Origin: a virus
Strand: one strand, 5' to 3'
IMG/VR virus record: IMGVR_UViG_3300044612_001255
Coordinates: 44,292-108,291 of that record
DNA length: 64,000 nt
In this document: positions 18,520 to 28,395 of the stretch, piece after piece
How positions within the stretch are numbered: the first letter of the stretch is position 1
Layout: the number at the start of each line of letters is the position of its first letter
Made by a program: the position numbers and the translations under genes
The notes under the pieces: model-generated
Database searches by the model: none
What the model was told of the DNA's origin: nothing
The model's input: the letters and a program-made list of their open reading frames with translations, nothing else

Positions 18520-20073
18520 ATGGCAATTCAAACAATCCCAGGTTTAACTGGCTTTACCTATGCCCGTGTTGCGTCAATGGACAAACGTGCTGTAGGAAAG
18601 CTAACTGATTCAAATCACTTGGAGTCATTTCACTCTACTGAGCCAGCTGATTATGACAAGAAGATTATCTCCTTGTACACTCAGAGCTCATTGTATAGCA
18701 ATGACTTCCTTGATATGATCAACAAGTCCACTCCCTATTACATCGACAACAACAGCGATTCTTGGAAGTGGGATGTTCAAGTTCCTTACAAATTCCCTAA
18801 AATCATCGACATCCCTAGCTCTACTGCTGAGTTGAGCAAGCCAGGTATTGATGGCCAGGAGTTTCAGGTGGTATTGGACACTAACGAATTCTCTAAGAAC
18901 GCTATCGTTTCTGTAGGTTCTCGTCAGTATGGTCCAAGATGGTACGCTGTAAAAGATCCAGTTCCATGGAATGCAGGCTTCCTTTACACTTTCACATTGG
19001 TGTCTGATAACCCAATCATGGATTTTGTAAGCTCTACTTTCTTGCAAATTGGTATCGAACTAGAACTAGTTGATGCTGCAATTGGTGAATTTGATCAGGA
19101 CCTTCTTGGATTACCAAGACTTGGTGAGAAAATCACTATGTTCGAATCTCTTGGTTCTGGATATGGTTTTGAGCACCAAGTTACTGCATGGGCTGATGAT
19201 AAGACTATGCGTGATGCTTCTGGTAAACCTCTTGATATTTTGGTGTACGCTCCTCAGCGTAGAAACCAACTTCCTTTAACTCGTAATGATGTTAAGTGGG
19301 AGCCATTCGTAGAATTCATGTTAAGAAAAGCAATGCTTGAACTTAAGGTGAAGCGAATGATCTGGTCTAAGCCAGGCACTGTAAAAACTAATGGATCTAA
19401 GCAAGAATTGAAGCGTGTGTCTGCTGGTGTTTACCACAGAATGCGTAACAATGGTAACTTGGTACAATACAACCGTGGAGAATTCTCCGCAAACCTTATC
19501 CGTTCCGTATTTGGAGACTTGTTCTACAGACGTGTGGATGTTAAGGATAGAAGAGTTAAAATGTACACTAACGAAGCTGGCTTCGATGTGTTCCAGCAGG
19601 CTCTTAAAACAGATGCTTTGAACTCTGGTCTTACTTTCATGGCAGATAGCGGTAACCGTTACATGCAAGGAGAAGGACAGCACATCACTTACAACTTTGC
19701 ATTCGATGCAATGGTAACTCGTGAGACTGGTCGTGTTGAACTTATCCACTTGAAAGAACTTGATCTTCCTCAATCCAACTTGGAATTTGGACAGAACAAG
19801 AAGTCCACTCCTGTGTTCATGGTATTTGACGTATCTCCAATGTCTGATGGCTCTATGGTTAACAACATTCGTGAAGTACGTATGAAGGGTGCTCCTTCTA
19901 TGACTTGGGGCTATATCGATGGACGTAGACACCACTTAGGCTTTGCTAAGTCTCAGGGTATGTCTTCTGCCAACAAATTCCCAGGCTATGAAATCTGGAT
20001 GCAAGATCGTTGCGATGTATTCATCGAAGACTTGTCACGAACTGTTCTCATCGAAGAGATTCCACAGTTCTAA
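18520..20073 (+). CDS. major capsid protein
   Basis: 517 aa, crAss gene order, codon choice typical of high expression, followed by a terminator. Confidence 0.85.
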   Translation: MAIQTIPGLTGFTYARVASMDKRAVGKLTDSNHLESFHSTEPADYDKKIISLYTQSSLYSNDFLDMINKSTPYYIDNNSDSWKWDVQVPYKFPKIIDIPSSTAELSKPGIDGQEFQVVLDTNEFSKNAIVSVGSRQYGPRWYAVKDPVPWNAGFLYTFTLVSDNPIMDFVSSTFLQIGIELELVDAAIGEFDQDLLGLPRLGEKITMFESLGSGYGFEHQVTAWADDKTMRDASGKPLDILVYAPQRRNQLPLTRNDVKWEPFVEFMLRKAMLELKVKRMIWSKPGTVKTNGSKQELKRVSAGVYHRMRNNGNLVQYNRGEFSANLIRSVFGDLFYRRVDVKDRRVKMYTNEAGFDVFQQALKTDALNSGLTFMADSGNRYMQGEGQHITYNFAFDAMVTRETGRVELIHLKELDLPQSNLEFGQNKKSTPVFMVFDVSPMSDGSMVNNIREVRMKGAPSMTWGYIDGRRHHLGFAKSQGMSSANKFPGYEIWMQDRCDVFIEDLSRTVLIEEIPQF

Positions 20074-20081
20074 TATAAAAT

Positions 20082-20112
20082 CTCCCCTCGTGTCAATCAT
20101 GAGGGGAGTTTT
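20082..20112 (+). terminator. intrinsic terminator after MCP
   Basis: CTCCCCTCGTG-N5-CATGAGGGGAG-TTTT. Confidence 0.8.
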
Positions 20113-20205
20113 ATTCCTCTTTAAAACAGAGTGTGGGTCAGTGAGCCTAGCCATTTGATTGGTGCACTCTGCAAAACAAACCAATAATAATCAAATAACT
20201 ACGTA

Positions 20206-21174
20206 ATGGGTAAATTAGGGAAAATCTCCACGATTAAGAAGGAGTACAACAGTTCTGGCATGCAAACTATGCAAGGAGGATTATCACAAAGAGGGCTATC
20301 AAGAATTCCAGGAACTGGAGTTTTTAAATATCCTTACAAGGAACTTGATGGAAGATACAGAACAGGCTTAGATGCTGATGCTGCTTACATCAAAAGAATT
20401 GCTGATCCTACAGAGCGTGAGCTAGAAATTGAGCGTGTAACAGAATTAAGAGAGAAGCTTGAGAATGCTCTAGGAGGAATAGATCTTGGACCAAGAGCTA
20501 TTTTCTGGAACTACGGTTTATCAAAGTCTACAGACGACACTACTCATGTGCAAACTGTAAAACTTCTTGATGGTGACAACTACTTCGATTTAACAGTGCC
20601 TTTTCAAGAACTTGCTTTCTCTTGGTTGAGAGTTCATCCAACAGTTGCTAGTTCTTACCAAGCATGGGAAAGAGGTGACTATCCAGCAGATACACAATTC
20701 TACGTTGTAGATGATGATATCGAAAATGCTGTAATCTTCAAGAAGAAGCAATTGATCAACAAGGCAATCTCCAAGTTTGATACAATGACTCCTGAGAAGA
20801 AAAGAAAAGTTGCAAGACTTTTAGGACTTCCAGTTACAGAAGATTCCAAAGAAGATTTTGTATATAATCAAGTGGATAATATTCTCAAGCAGACTGAATT
20901 CAAAGCTGGTAAATACCAAGGATTGTCAACAATCGAAGTGTTTAACAGATTTGCAGACATGAAGGAAAATTTACTCCATATCAAAGATTTGGTTAAGCAA
21001 GCTATTGCACATTCAGTTTACAGAGTTAAGTCCAGCGGACGTGTCTTTGAAGGTGAATTTGAACTAGCAAAAGATGAAGAAGAGTTGGTGAAGTTCTTAG
21101 CTAATGATGATAATCAAGACGAACTAATCACTCTAGAACAAAAGTTGAAATCTAAGAAACTCGCTTCTGTATGA
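20206..21174 (+). CDS. conserved crAss-like protein downstream of MCP
   Basis: 322 aa at the conserved post-MCP position. Confidence 0.7.
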   Translation: MGKLGKISTIKKEYNSSGMQTMQGGLSQRGLSRIPGTGVFKYPYKELDGRYRTGLDADAAYIKRIADPTERELEIERVTELREKLENALGGIDLGPRAIFWNYGLSKSTDDTTHVQTVKLLDGDNYFDLTVPFQELAFSWLRVHPTVASSYQAWERGDYPADTQFYVVDDDIENAVIFKKKQLINKAISKFDTMTPEKKRKVARLLGLPVTEDSKEDFVYNQVDNILKQTEFKAGKYQGLSTIEVFNRFADMKENLLHIKDLVKQAIAHSVYRVKSSGRVFEGEFELAKDEEELVKFLANDDNQDELITLEQKLKSKKLASV

Positions 21175-21902
21175 TACCTGTAGATAGTTTATTATATAAA
21201 ATTGATCAAAAACTAAATAAACTATCAACTAATGAGCATCAGCAGATTCAACTCGAAGATAAAGTACTTGCGCTTAACGAAGCTCAAATAAAGCTCATCA
21301 AACAAAAGGTTGATGGATTTAGTGTTGTTAGTGGTATGGGATTGGACTCTTTTAAAAAGCGTTACGAAGACCTACAAAGACTTGTAATTAATTACAATGT
21401 TGGCGTGTTAAATCTTCATCTCAAAAACCAAAAATTAAATCAGTGGGCAGCTGATATTGATTTACTTGATCCAAAGTACATGTTCTACATTGACAGTTAT
21501 GTTTTAGCTGACAAGGGCGTGTGTAAGGATCGACAAATTTGGATAAATAAAGATTTGGCAAAACATGGTGATTTGCAGTTCTTATTGAACAACATTCACT
21601 ATAAGCCATCGTTCGAATATCAAGAGACATTTAATTTTATCTCCTCAGATGAAATTAGTATATTCACAGACGGAACGTTCACTCCATCTGCAATATACAT
21701 CTCTTATATGAGATACCCCATCTACATTGATAAGGCAGGCTACATCAAGTTTGACGGTCAACCATCTACGGATGTTAATTGTGAACTTGAAGCCTATCTG
21801 GAAGACGAGTTAGTTGATTTAACTGTCCAGAATTTAGCAATGTATACAGAGAATGCAGCTGCGGTACAGAGTGCCCAGTTCAGAATACAAACAAATGAAT
21901 AA
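21171..21902 (+). CDS. putative tail ring / head-tail adaptor protein
   Basis: LNEAQ...YMRYP...CELEAYLEDELVDLTV pattern of crAss ring proteins. Confidence 0.65.
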   Translation: MIPVDSLLYKIDQKLNKLSTNEHQQIQLEDKVLALNEAQIKLIKQKVDGFSVVSGMGLDSFKKRYEDLQRLVINYNVGVLNLHLKNQKLNQWAADIDLLDPKYMFYIDSYVLADKGVCKDRQIWINKDLAKHGDLQFLLNNIHYKPSFEYQETFNFISSDEISIFTDGTFTPSAIYISYMRYPIYIDKAGYIKFDGQPSTDVNCELEAYLEDELVDLTVQNLAMYTENAAAVQSAQFRIQTNE

Positions 21903-21931
21903 ATAAACTTAAAAAACAAAAAACAAAAAAA

Positions 21932-23110
21932 ATGGCTGATTTCTCGTTAACCACCCTTTTTGTAGTTCCAGTAGGGCAAACTTCGCTCCCTAGTTCTGGT
22001 TCTACTCAGGATCTAACCGCTGGTCAAGTTGGTTTTTTCAGAAACGATTATAGTATTGCTACAGCTGGTAACATTGCAGCTGCGCCATACTTCTATGTAG
22101 CTCAAGGTAGACAAAACACCTACCTACAAGGCTCTAAGCGTTCTGATAAAATCAAGGGTTGTCCTTCTGGTTCAGGTTGCTCATCTAACGTAACTGAATG
22201 GTACAAAGTATCAGGTTGCGGTACTCCTGCTGTCCAAATCACTGATGTGACTAATTGGAACGTACAGTGTGGAGAAGTTGTGACTCTTACTCTAAGAGGT
22301 CACTCTAGTTATCTTGACACCTTGTATTTCAACGGTTTCACCCGTTCAGTAACTGTACAAGCTCCTTGCTGTGATTGTGGTGCTGATCCTTGTGCTGACG
22401 TTAACACTAACGCATTGATCAACCAGTTCATTTATCAATTGAACCTTGCAGCCCCTGGTAACAACCCTGACAACATTACATTGTCTGATTTCTATACTTT
22501 CGAAAACGTAGGTGGAACTATCCTTCGTATTTCTGGTAAGCCTCTTACTAAGTATGGTCAGCCTTGTGATATTGCTGCATTCCCTTGGGAATATGACAGA
22601 ATGTACTTCCGTACTTTTGTATATCAAGGTCCTGCTACCACTGCTGACTTCATTGTTGCTGACAACTGTGATATCGTAGCTGACCCTGTTGTTGTTCAGA
22701 GATCTTCTTACCCAACTGGTACTGCTGAAGAAATTGCTCAGCTTGAGAAGAACTTCTACAGCTATCAGGCTGGTTACTTGAAGCATTTGTTCAGAATGAA
22801 TGGATACAACGAGAACTTTGAGACTTATGTAAGCACTGGTACCATTTATGATACTTATTACATCAAGTTCAATCAGTATGATCGTTCTGCATATCAGTGG
22901 GGTGATTACATCTATGAGGATAGCATGGTAATTCTTGCTGCTCCTAATGCTGCCACTGTAGGTAATGCTGGTATTGCTGCTGCTGTGGAAGCCGTTCTTG
23001 AAGCTGCTCTTGGTACTGTAGTTGACAACAATGTTTGTATCACTACTACTACCACTACAACTTCTACGCCTCCAACAACTACTACCACTACTAGTACTTT
23101 AATTCCTTAA
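21932..23110 (+). CDS. putative auxiliary capsid/decoration protein with poly-Thr tail
   Basis: Codon choice like the MCP, own terminator, C-terminal CITTTTTTTSTPPTTTTTTSTLIP. Confidence 0.6.
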   Translation: MADFSLTTLFVVPVGQTSLPSSGSTQDLTAGQVGFFRNDYSIATAGNIAAAPYFYVAQGRQNTYLQGSKRSDKIKGCPSGSGCSSNVTEWYKVSGCGTPAVQITDVTNWNVQCGEVVTLTLRGHSSYLDTLYFNGFTRSVTVQAPCCDCGADPCADVNTNALINQFIYQLNLAAPGNNPDNITLSDFYTFENVGGTILRISGKPLTKYGQPCDIAAFPWEYDRMYFRTFVYQGPATTADFIVADNCDIVADPVVVQRSSYPTGTAEEIAQLEKNFYSYQAGYLKHLFRMNGYNENFETYVSTGTIYDTYYIKFNQYDRSAYQWGDYIYEDSMVILAAPNAATVGNAGIAAAVEAVLEAALGTVVDNNVCITTTTTTTSTPPTTTTTTSTLIP

Positions 23111-23139
23111 TAGTAGGTAAGTTAAAATTTCTAAAACCT

Positions 23140-23187
23140 ATGCCAGAGGATGAGAGGATTAGTTCTCAAAGTCCTCTGGCATTTTAT
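23140..23187 (+). terminator. intrinsic terminator
   Basis: ATGCCAGAGGA...TCCTCTGGCAT long hairpin followed by TTTATTT. Confidence 0.75.
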
Positions 23188-23198
23188 TTATAACTCCC

Positions 23199-23765
23199 AT
23201 GCCAACTCTGAATTTAGATATTCTTGTAGTTCCAACATACAGCACGTTAACACTTGCTGTTGCGGATGCATCCACATATCCAACTACACCACCAAACGTT
23301 ACATCTCCATCTATTGAGATAAATGTTCCTAACTTTGGGATAGTAAATCTTCCATTTGTTGTTAATTCGTTGAATGTATTTACAAGTTCTAACTTAGGAA
23401 TTTCAACAGTTACTAACGATCCACTTCCTGATGGTATTTACTATCTAAAGTATTCAGTGGCTCCAGCAAACGTAAACTTTGTTGAAAGGACAATCATGCG
23501 TGTAGAAAGACTTCAAGAGAAGTTTGATGGAGCGTTTATGAGACTTGATATGATGGAGTGTGATAGAGCGATTAAAACACAATCTAAGGTGGAGCTTACA
23601 ACTATATCATTCTTTATTAATGGAGCTTTAGCAGCCGCAAATAATTGTGCTACAGTTGAAGCAAATAGATTGTATCTTCAAGCTGATAAAATGTTGAACA
23701 ACTTCTTAAGAAATAACTGTGGATGTTCAGGAAATAATTATGCAACAGTAACAACGTATTACTAA
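23199..23765 (+). CDS. virion structural protein (tail hub/fibre attachment candidate)
   Basis: LPDGIYYLKYSVAP motif, C-terminal CGC. Confidence 0.65.
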   Translation: MPTLNLDILVVPTYSTLTLAVADASTYPTTPPNVTSPSIEINVPNFGIVNLPFVVNSLNVFTSSNLGISTVTNDPLPDGIYYLKYSVAPANVNFVERTIMRVERLQEKFDGAFMRLDMMECDRAIKTQSKVELTTISFFINGALAAANNCATVEANRLYLQADKMLNNFLRNNCGCSGNNYATVTTYY

Positions 23766-23766
23766 T

Positions 23767-23895
23767 ATGGCAAAGTGTTCAAGATGCGGAGCAAGTGTTG
23801 GATGTGGATGTAATCTTAAAAACGGAATGTGTGCATTTTGTGCACAGAAGAAGAAGGATGAAATTACAGTTGTTCCACCATCAGATAAAAATTAA
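23767..23895 (+). CDS. small Cys-rich protein (42 aa)
   Basis: Manual translation MAKCSRCGASVGCGCNLKNGMCAFCAQKKKDEITVVPPSDKN. Confidence 0.7.
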   Translation: MAKCSRCGASVGCGCNLKNGMCAFCAQKKKDEITVVPPSDKN

Positions 23896-23900
23896 AAGAA

Positions 23901-24167
23901 ATGTTACAACCTAGACTAACCTCTTGTCCTGAATGTGTTGATATTCCAACATTATTAGGGGATATTGAATGCAAGATTACAGAAGTTGCAAAGAATCTTT
24001 ACAATAACACTGTATTTGCATTGAATATGCCCATACCATTTACAACAATGATAGATCTTCTAAACTATAGAAGAATCTTGACATATAAGTATTGTAACCC
24101 AGATTACGCTAGTCAATTTAGCGTATGTCAAATAGCTAGTAAAGTAAAACTTCTAAAATATAAATAA
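23901..24167 (+). CDS. hypothetical virion protein
   Basis: 88-aa Cys-containing ORF within the operon. Confidence 0.7.
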   Translation: MLQPRLTSCPECVDIPTLLGDIECKITEVAKNLYNNTVFALNMPIPFTTMIDLLNYRRILTYKYCNPDYASQFSVCQIASKVKLLKYK

Positions 24168-25262
24168 ATGAGCTGCTCTAATTGCTTTAATGGATGCACA
24201 GAAATCATATCTGATCAGTGCGTAAGATATACAGGATTTAATATTCCTGCCCTTGGTATTTCCAATGGTGATACACTTGCCCATGTTGAATTACAAATTT
24301 CAACATTCATAATAGATTTGTCTACAGGTAATGGGATTATTCCTGTTATCGATCCAGCCGATCTCTGCTCATTGGTGAGTGGGTTTCTTCCAGTGTCTGG
24401 TGACATTACTCTCAATGATGTTATATCAGCATTGATTCGATCAATTTGCGCTTTAAAAACCAGTGTTACAGCAATTGAATCAACACTCACCACCCTTAAT
24501 GCCAATTACACAATTGGATGTCTTACAGGTGTAACATCATCGTCTGATACACACGACATTCTCCAAGCAGCTATTAACAAGTTGTGTTCAACAGCTACTG
24601 ATCTAACAGCACTAGAAATTGATGTTGATACAAACTATGTTAAGCTTGTTGATTTAAATGCGCTCATTCAAGCATATTTGAATAGTATTGCTCCATCTAA
24701 CTTGTACAAGAACAACATGGTACCATACATTGCTTATGAGTACTATGGTCCTCTTACAGGTTTTGATGTTACAGGAGCAGGTTCTGGACAATTTATAGAT
24801 GTGTATTTGTGTAATGGTAGTAATGGTACACCAGACAAAAGGGGACGTGTTGCTGTAGGAACTACAGATGGAAGTATGGCTGGAAGTATACCAATGAGTT
24901 CTATAGTTAATCCATCTACAGCAGGTAATCCAAGTTATTCACTATTTGGTTTAGCAGGTTTGAATAATGTGACCTTATCAGCTACTCAAATCCCTTCTCA
25001 CACCCACATAGCAACAACCAGTATTGTAGATCCTGGGCATGATCATACATTAGCTTACAAAAAAGGTCAAGCTGATCAAAATGAAAGTGGTGTGTCTGGT
25101 ACATTGTTGGACATGACACTTCCTAAAACACTTTCGACTATTACAAATAACAACAAAACAGGAATAATAGTTAGTGTTACAAATTCATCGACAGGTGGAG
25201 GATTAAGTCATAATAACATCCAACCTACAATAGGTGCATATTACATCATGTACATCCCATAA
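24168..25262 (+). CDS. tail fibre protein with collar and HxH tip domain
   Basis: YLCNGSNGTPDKRGRVAVG collar motif, VTLSATQIPSHTH...GHDH, GGGLSHNNIQPTIGAYYIMY. Confidence 0.8.
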   Translation: MSCSNCFNGCTEIISDQCVRYTGFNIPALGISNGDTLAHVELQISTFIIDLSTGNGIIPVIDPADLCSLVSGFLPVSGDITLNDVISALIRSICALKTSVTAIESTLTTLNANYTIGCLTGVTSSSDTHDILQAAINKLCSTATDLTALEIDVDTNYVKLVDLNALIQAYLNSIAPSNLYKNNMVPYIAYEYYGPLTGFDVTGAGSGQFIDVYLCNGSNGTPDKRGRVAVGTTDGSMAGSIPMSSIVNPSTAGNPSYSLFGLAGLNNVTLSATQIPSHTHIATTSIVDPGHDHTLAYKKGQADQNESGVSGTLLDMTLPKTLSTITNNNKTGIIVSVTNSSTGGGLSHNNIQPTIGAYYIMYIP

Positions 25263-25266
25263 AACT

Positions 25267-25782
25267 ATGCCATTCAATACTAATTGCCCAGGGTGCGGAT
25301 CTTTAGGTCCATGTGGTTGCAGCGGTGATCAATGTAATTTTGTATCTTCTGAAAATGTTAAATATGTAGGTCCAAACCTAGCAGGAACAGGAATACAAAG
25401 TTGTGATGACCTCACAGTTGTATTGCAGAAGATTGACAATGCAATTGCTCTTATAGAAGCACAGATATCTCCAACACCACCTTTAACTACAACAACTAGT
25501 ACATCAGGTGCTCCAACTACTAGCACAACTAGTACAACAACTACAGGACCTGGATATTATTCTTGGTATTTAGGAGGATTAGCAAATATTGCAAATCCGT
25601 GTACGTCAGCTATACTACTGCCTATATTGTATACATCTGTTCCTGTACTAGCAAATGGTGTAGTTTTATACACCAACACTGCTCTAACAACTACTTACAG
25701 TGGTTATATTTACATAACCAATTTAAGTACTAAGTGGACAGTATCAAGTGGAGGAGTGTTGAGTGCAGCTACTTCTTGCTAA
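25267..25782 (+). CDS. fibre-associated protein with Thr-rich linker
   Basis: Likely start MPFNTNCPG. Its N-terminal V.Y.G.N....GI..-D-L..V domain is paralogous to the 24168 N-terminus. Confidence 0.7.
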   Translation: MPFNTNCPGCGSLGPCGCSGDQCNFVSSENVKYVGPNLAGTGIQSCDDLTVVLQKIDNAIALIEAQISPTPPLTTTTSTSGAPTTSTTSTTTTGPGYYSWYLGGLANIANPCTSAILLPILYTSVPVLANGVVLYTNTALTTTYSGYIYITNLSTKWTVSSGGVLSAATSC

Positions 25783-25800
25783 CCATTAAATTAAAAGTGC

Positions 25801-26055
25801 ATGTTTGTATTTATAACTCTTACATCAGCTGGAGCAGACGCAGGACCATTCAACCTTTATTCAAATGTTGATGGGTTTGTATCTGCATTTGCTGTAAATA
25901 TTCCTAAAGCAACTTTGCTAGCAGGATATGCTGCAACTGTTCCAGCTGGTACAACCACTGTAAGAATAATTAGTGCAGGAGTGTGTACAAACTTCATTGA
26001 TGTAGTTGTAGGTGCTACAACCACTACCACCACTACCACTACGGAAGTTGTATAA
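25801..26055 (+). CDS. small beta-module protein with poly-Thr tail
   Basis: ITLTSAGADAGPFNLYS module, paralogous to 33468 and 33928. Confidence 0.75.
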   Translation: MFVFITLTSAGADAGPFNLYSNVDGFVSAFAVNIPKATLLAGYAATVPAGTTTVRIISAGVCTNFIDVVVGATTTTTTTTTEVV

Positions 26056-26121
26056 GGTGTAGAATAAAACCAATTTTACGTAAATTAAATAAAACTCTAC
26101 TTTATTGGTTTTGTAGGTTTT

Positions 26122-26151
26122 CTCCCAGGCATTTAATGTCTGGGAGTTTTT
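26122..26151 (+). terminator. intrinsic terminator
   Basis: CTCCCAGGCAT-TTA-ATGTCTGGGAG-TTTTT. Confidence 0.75.
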
Positions 26152-26207
26152 ATTTGGAAAAATGATTAAATTTGAGTAGATATAACTCTGAAAATCAGCA
26201 ACACAAA

Positions 26208-26936
26208 ATGTCAACATTAAGAAAGCTAGTCTCTGACGTTAGGAGCACGCACAAAATCATATCAACAGATAGCCTCATCACAGACAGAGCAATTGCCTCT
26301 GAAGTGCGGAATAATGCACTATTGTTGATAAAAAGAGAAACCAACCTTAGAAAGCTCTGGGCAACAGATACACTTTTTACAACCATTCCATGTTTAGAAA
26401 TGTGCGAGGTGTCCATATCAGAATGTTGCAATTATGCAGATCCTTGTTCTGTTGCAAGATCAACATATCAACTTCCTAGAATATCTGAAGGAAATTATCA
26501 ATATGTAATCCAAGGTGTTTATTCAATAAACGCAATGTCTGGACAAGGCACTAAGATAAAAGAGATCACTGTCAATCGTTATCTCAACCTATTAAAACTT
26601 CCTGTTATTAGAAAAGAACAGTATTTCTGGATTTCAAATGGTTATCTTTATGTCAGCAACCCAGCATTGCAGGCTGTTAGATTTGTAGCTCTTTTTGAAG
26701 AAGACATACCTAATAGCATTATGTATCCTGAATGCGGATGCGGAACTCCAAGCTATACAACTGACCAGCTTTGTCAGAACCCTCTAGATAAAGAGTTTGC
26801 TCTTCCAGGATACTTGGAGAAGCAAGTGTTAGATCTAACATCACAGAAGATTCTTCAGACATACTTTAGTATAAAGACTGACATGACTGATGATGGAATA
26901 GATGGTCAATCACCAAATGCACCACAGTTTAGATGA
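26208..26936 (+). CDS. putative tail ring protein
   Basis: Likely start MSTLRKLVSDV. YFWISNGYLYV...ALFEE pattern. Fits crAss tail gene order. Confidence 0.65.
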   Translation: MSTLRKLVSDVRSTHKIISTDSLITDRAIASEVRNNALLLIKRETNLRKLWATDTLFTTIPCLEMCEVSISECCNYADPCSVARSTYQLPRISEGNYQYVIQGVYSINAMSGQGTKIKEITVNRYLNLLKLPVIRKEQYFWISNGYLYVSNPALQAVRFVALFEEDIPNSIMYPECGCGTPSYTTDQLCQNPLDKEFALPGYLEKQVLDLTSQKILQTYFSIKTDMTDDGIDGQSPNAPQFR

Positions 26937-27412
26937 GAGTAACAATAGATTGGCGAAGTGCCTCAAAAGAAAACTACAATAATTTCAAGAGTGAGAAGCC
27001 TGAAATAAACCTCTCTTTCGATGACTGGAAGAGAGTTGTTTATGGCTTCAATGAAATGTTTGTTGAGCACATGCTTGAAACAGGGGAGAAGGTAAAACTC
27101 CCATGTGGAATAGGGGACTTTGCAATCAACAAAAAGAAAAGAGTAAGAACCACAATGGTTGATGGTAAAGAGTATATAAATCTTCCAATCGACTGGAAAA
27201 AAACTAGAGAGAAGGGAAAGTACATTTACAACTTTAACTACCATACAGAAGGATATTACTTTGGATGGAAGTGGTTTAAAAGATCTTGTAGATTTAAGTT
27301 TTCTGATTTATGGTTATTCAAACCAACTAGACAAAACTCTAGATTGATTAACCATTATTTGAAAGTTGATGAGAAGTACCAACATATTTATGCAACATGG
27401 AATCGTAATTAA
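26933..27412 (+). CDS. IHF/HU-like protein of crAss tail module
   Basis: GEKVKLPCGIGDFAINKKK...PIDWKKT. Confidence 0.7.
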   Translation: MRVTIDWRSASKENYNNFKSEKPEINLSFDDWKRVVYGFNEMFVEHMLETGEKVKLPCGIGDFAINKKKRVRTTMVDGKEYINLPIDWKKTREKGKYIYNFNYHTEGYYFGWKWFKRSCRFKFSDLWLFKPTRQNSRLINHYLKVDEKYQHIYATWNRN

Positions 27413-27414
27413 AA

Positions 27415-28389
27415 ATGGCATATTACTATAAATTTAACTTCGTAAGCCCAGATCCAATCTACTCAACTGTCAAAGAAGAATTAAAAAGCTACTTTGACAC
27501 AGGTGCTGTAGATGATTTGTTATTCCCCACCTATCTAGACAAATGTCTTAGAAAGCTGGGAAGAGCCACGTACGTGATAGCTGAATCAGCTCTTGTTGTT
27601 GATAATTTTGAAGCAAGACTTCCAGACAACTTTCACGCTGTTCGTGAAGCATGGATGTGCACAGTGATTAATGGCTTCCCATATCAAACAGCTAACTCAT
27701 TCTATTCTCAAGCATCTACACAAACCACTATACAGGTGAGCCCAATCACTACAGCTTGTTCTCCTGAAAGTCCTTGCTGTGGTAATGTAGGATGTGATGG
27801 ATCTTGTATGCCTGAGTTTATGCAGACTGTCTATAAAACAAATAATGAGACAGCAATGACCTATCAAAGACAATATCTTCTAAAGCCAGGAAACATTTCT
27901 GCAAGAGGACATTGTGATGTTAACTATACAGAAAACTGGGAAATGTATGGTCAAGGGGCTGTTCCAATTCATAACTTTACACCAGGTTCATCTACTTATG
28001 ATTCATTCGATATTAGAGACAACAAGTTTGTTACGAATTTCAGAAATGGCGTTGTCCATCTTGTTTTCTATGCTCAAGATTACGACAGTCTTGGAAATCA
28101 GCTTCTTCCTGATAATTATCGTATTAGAGAATATCTAGAACACTTTATCAAATACAAAGTGTTTGAAACGCTTGTTAACCAAACCAATGATGAAACCTTT
28201 AATCAGCTTCAGCAAAAACTTGTATATTACAAAGGACTTTCTGACGAAGCGTTTATCATGGCAGACATCGAAATTAAAAAACAAGATGTTTGGACAAAGC
28301 AGCGTAGAATAAGACAACAACTGAACAGATTTAATATGTACGAGCTTCCTAATAGAACTAATAGATACGGTAGGAGACGTAATAACTAA
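27415..28389 (+). CDS. tail tubular/ring protein (P22 gp4-like position)
   Basis: Lies between the IHF-like and tail-stabilisation genes, as in crAss-like phages. EARLPDNF motif. Confidence 0.7.
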   Translation: MAYYYKFNFVSPDPIYSTVKEELKSYFDTGAVDDLLFPTYLDKCLRKLGRATYVIAESALVVDNFEARLPDNFHAVREAWMCTVINGFPYQTANSFYSQASTQTTIQVSPITTACSPESPCCGNVGCDGSCMPEFMQTVYKTNNETAMTYQRQYLLKPGNISARGHCDVNYTENWEMYGQGAVPIHNFTPGSSTYDSFDIRDNKFVTNFRNGVVHLVFYAQDYDSLGNQLLPDNYRIREYLEHFIKYKVFETLVNQTNDETFNQLQQKLVYYKGLSDEAFIMADIEIKKQDVWTKQRRIRQQLNRFNMYELPNRTNRYGRRRNN

Positions 28390-28395
28390 TAAGTT

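Noticed and set aside
26153-26174. TAAATTTG as a host -7 promoter box
   Set aside because: There is no TTTG at 19-21 nt spacing. The nearest is only 10 nt away, so support is insufficient.
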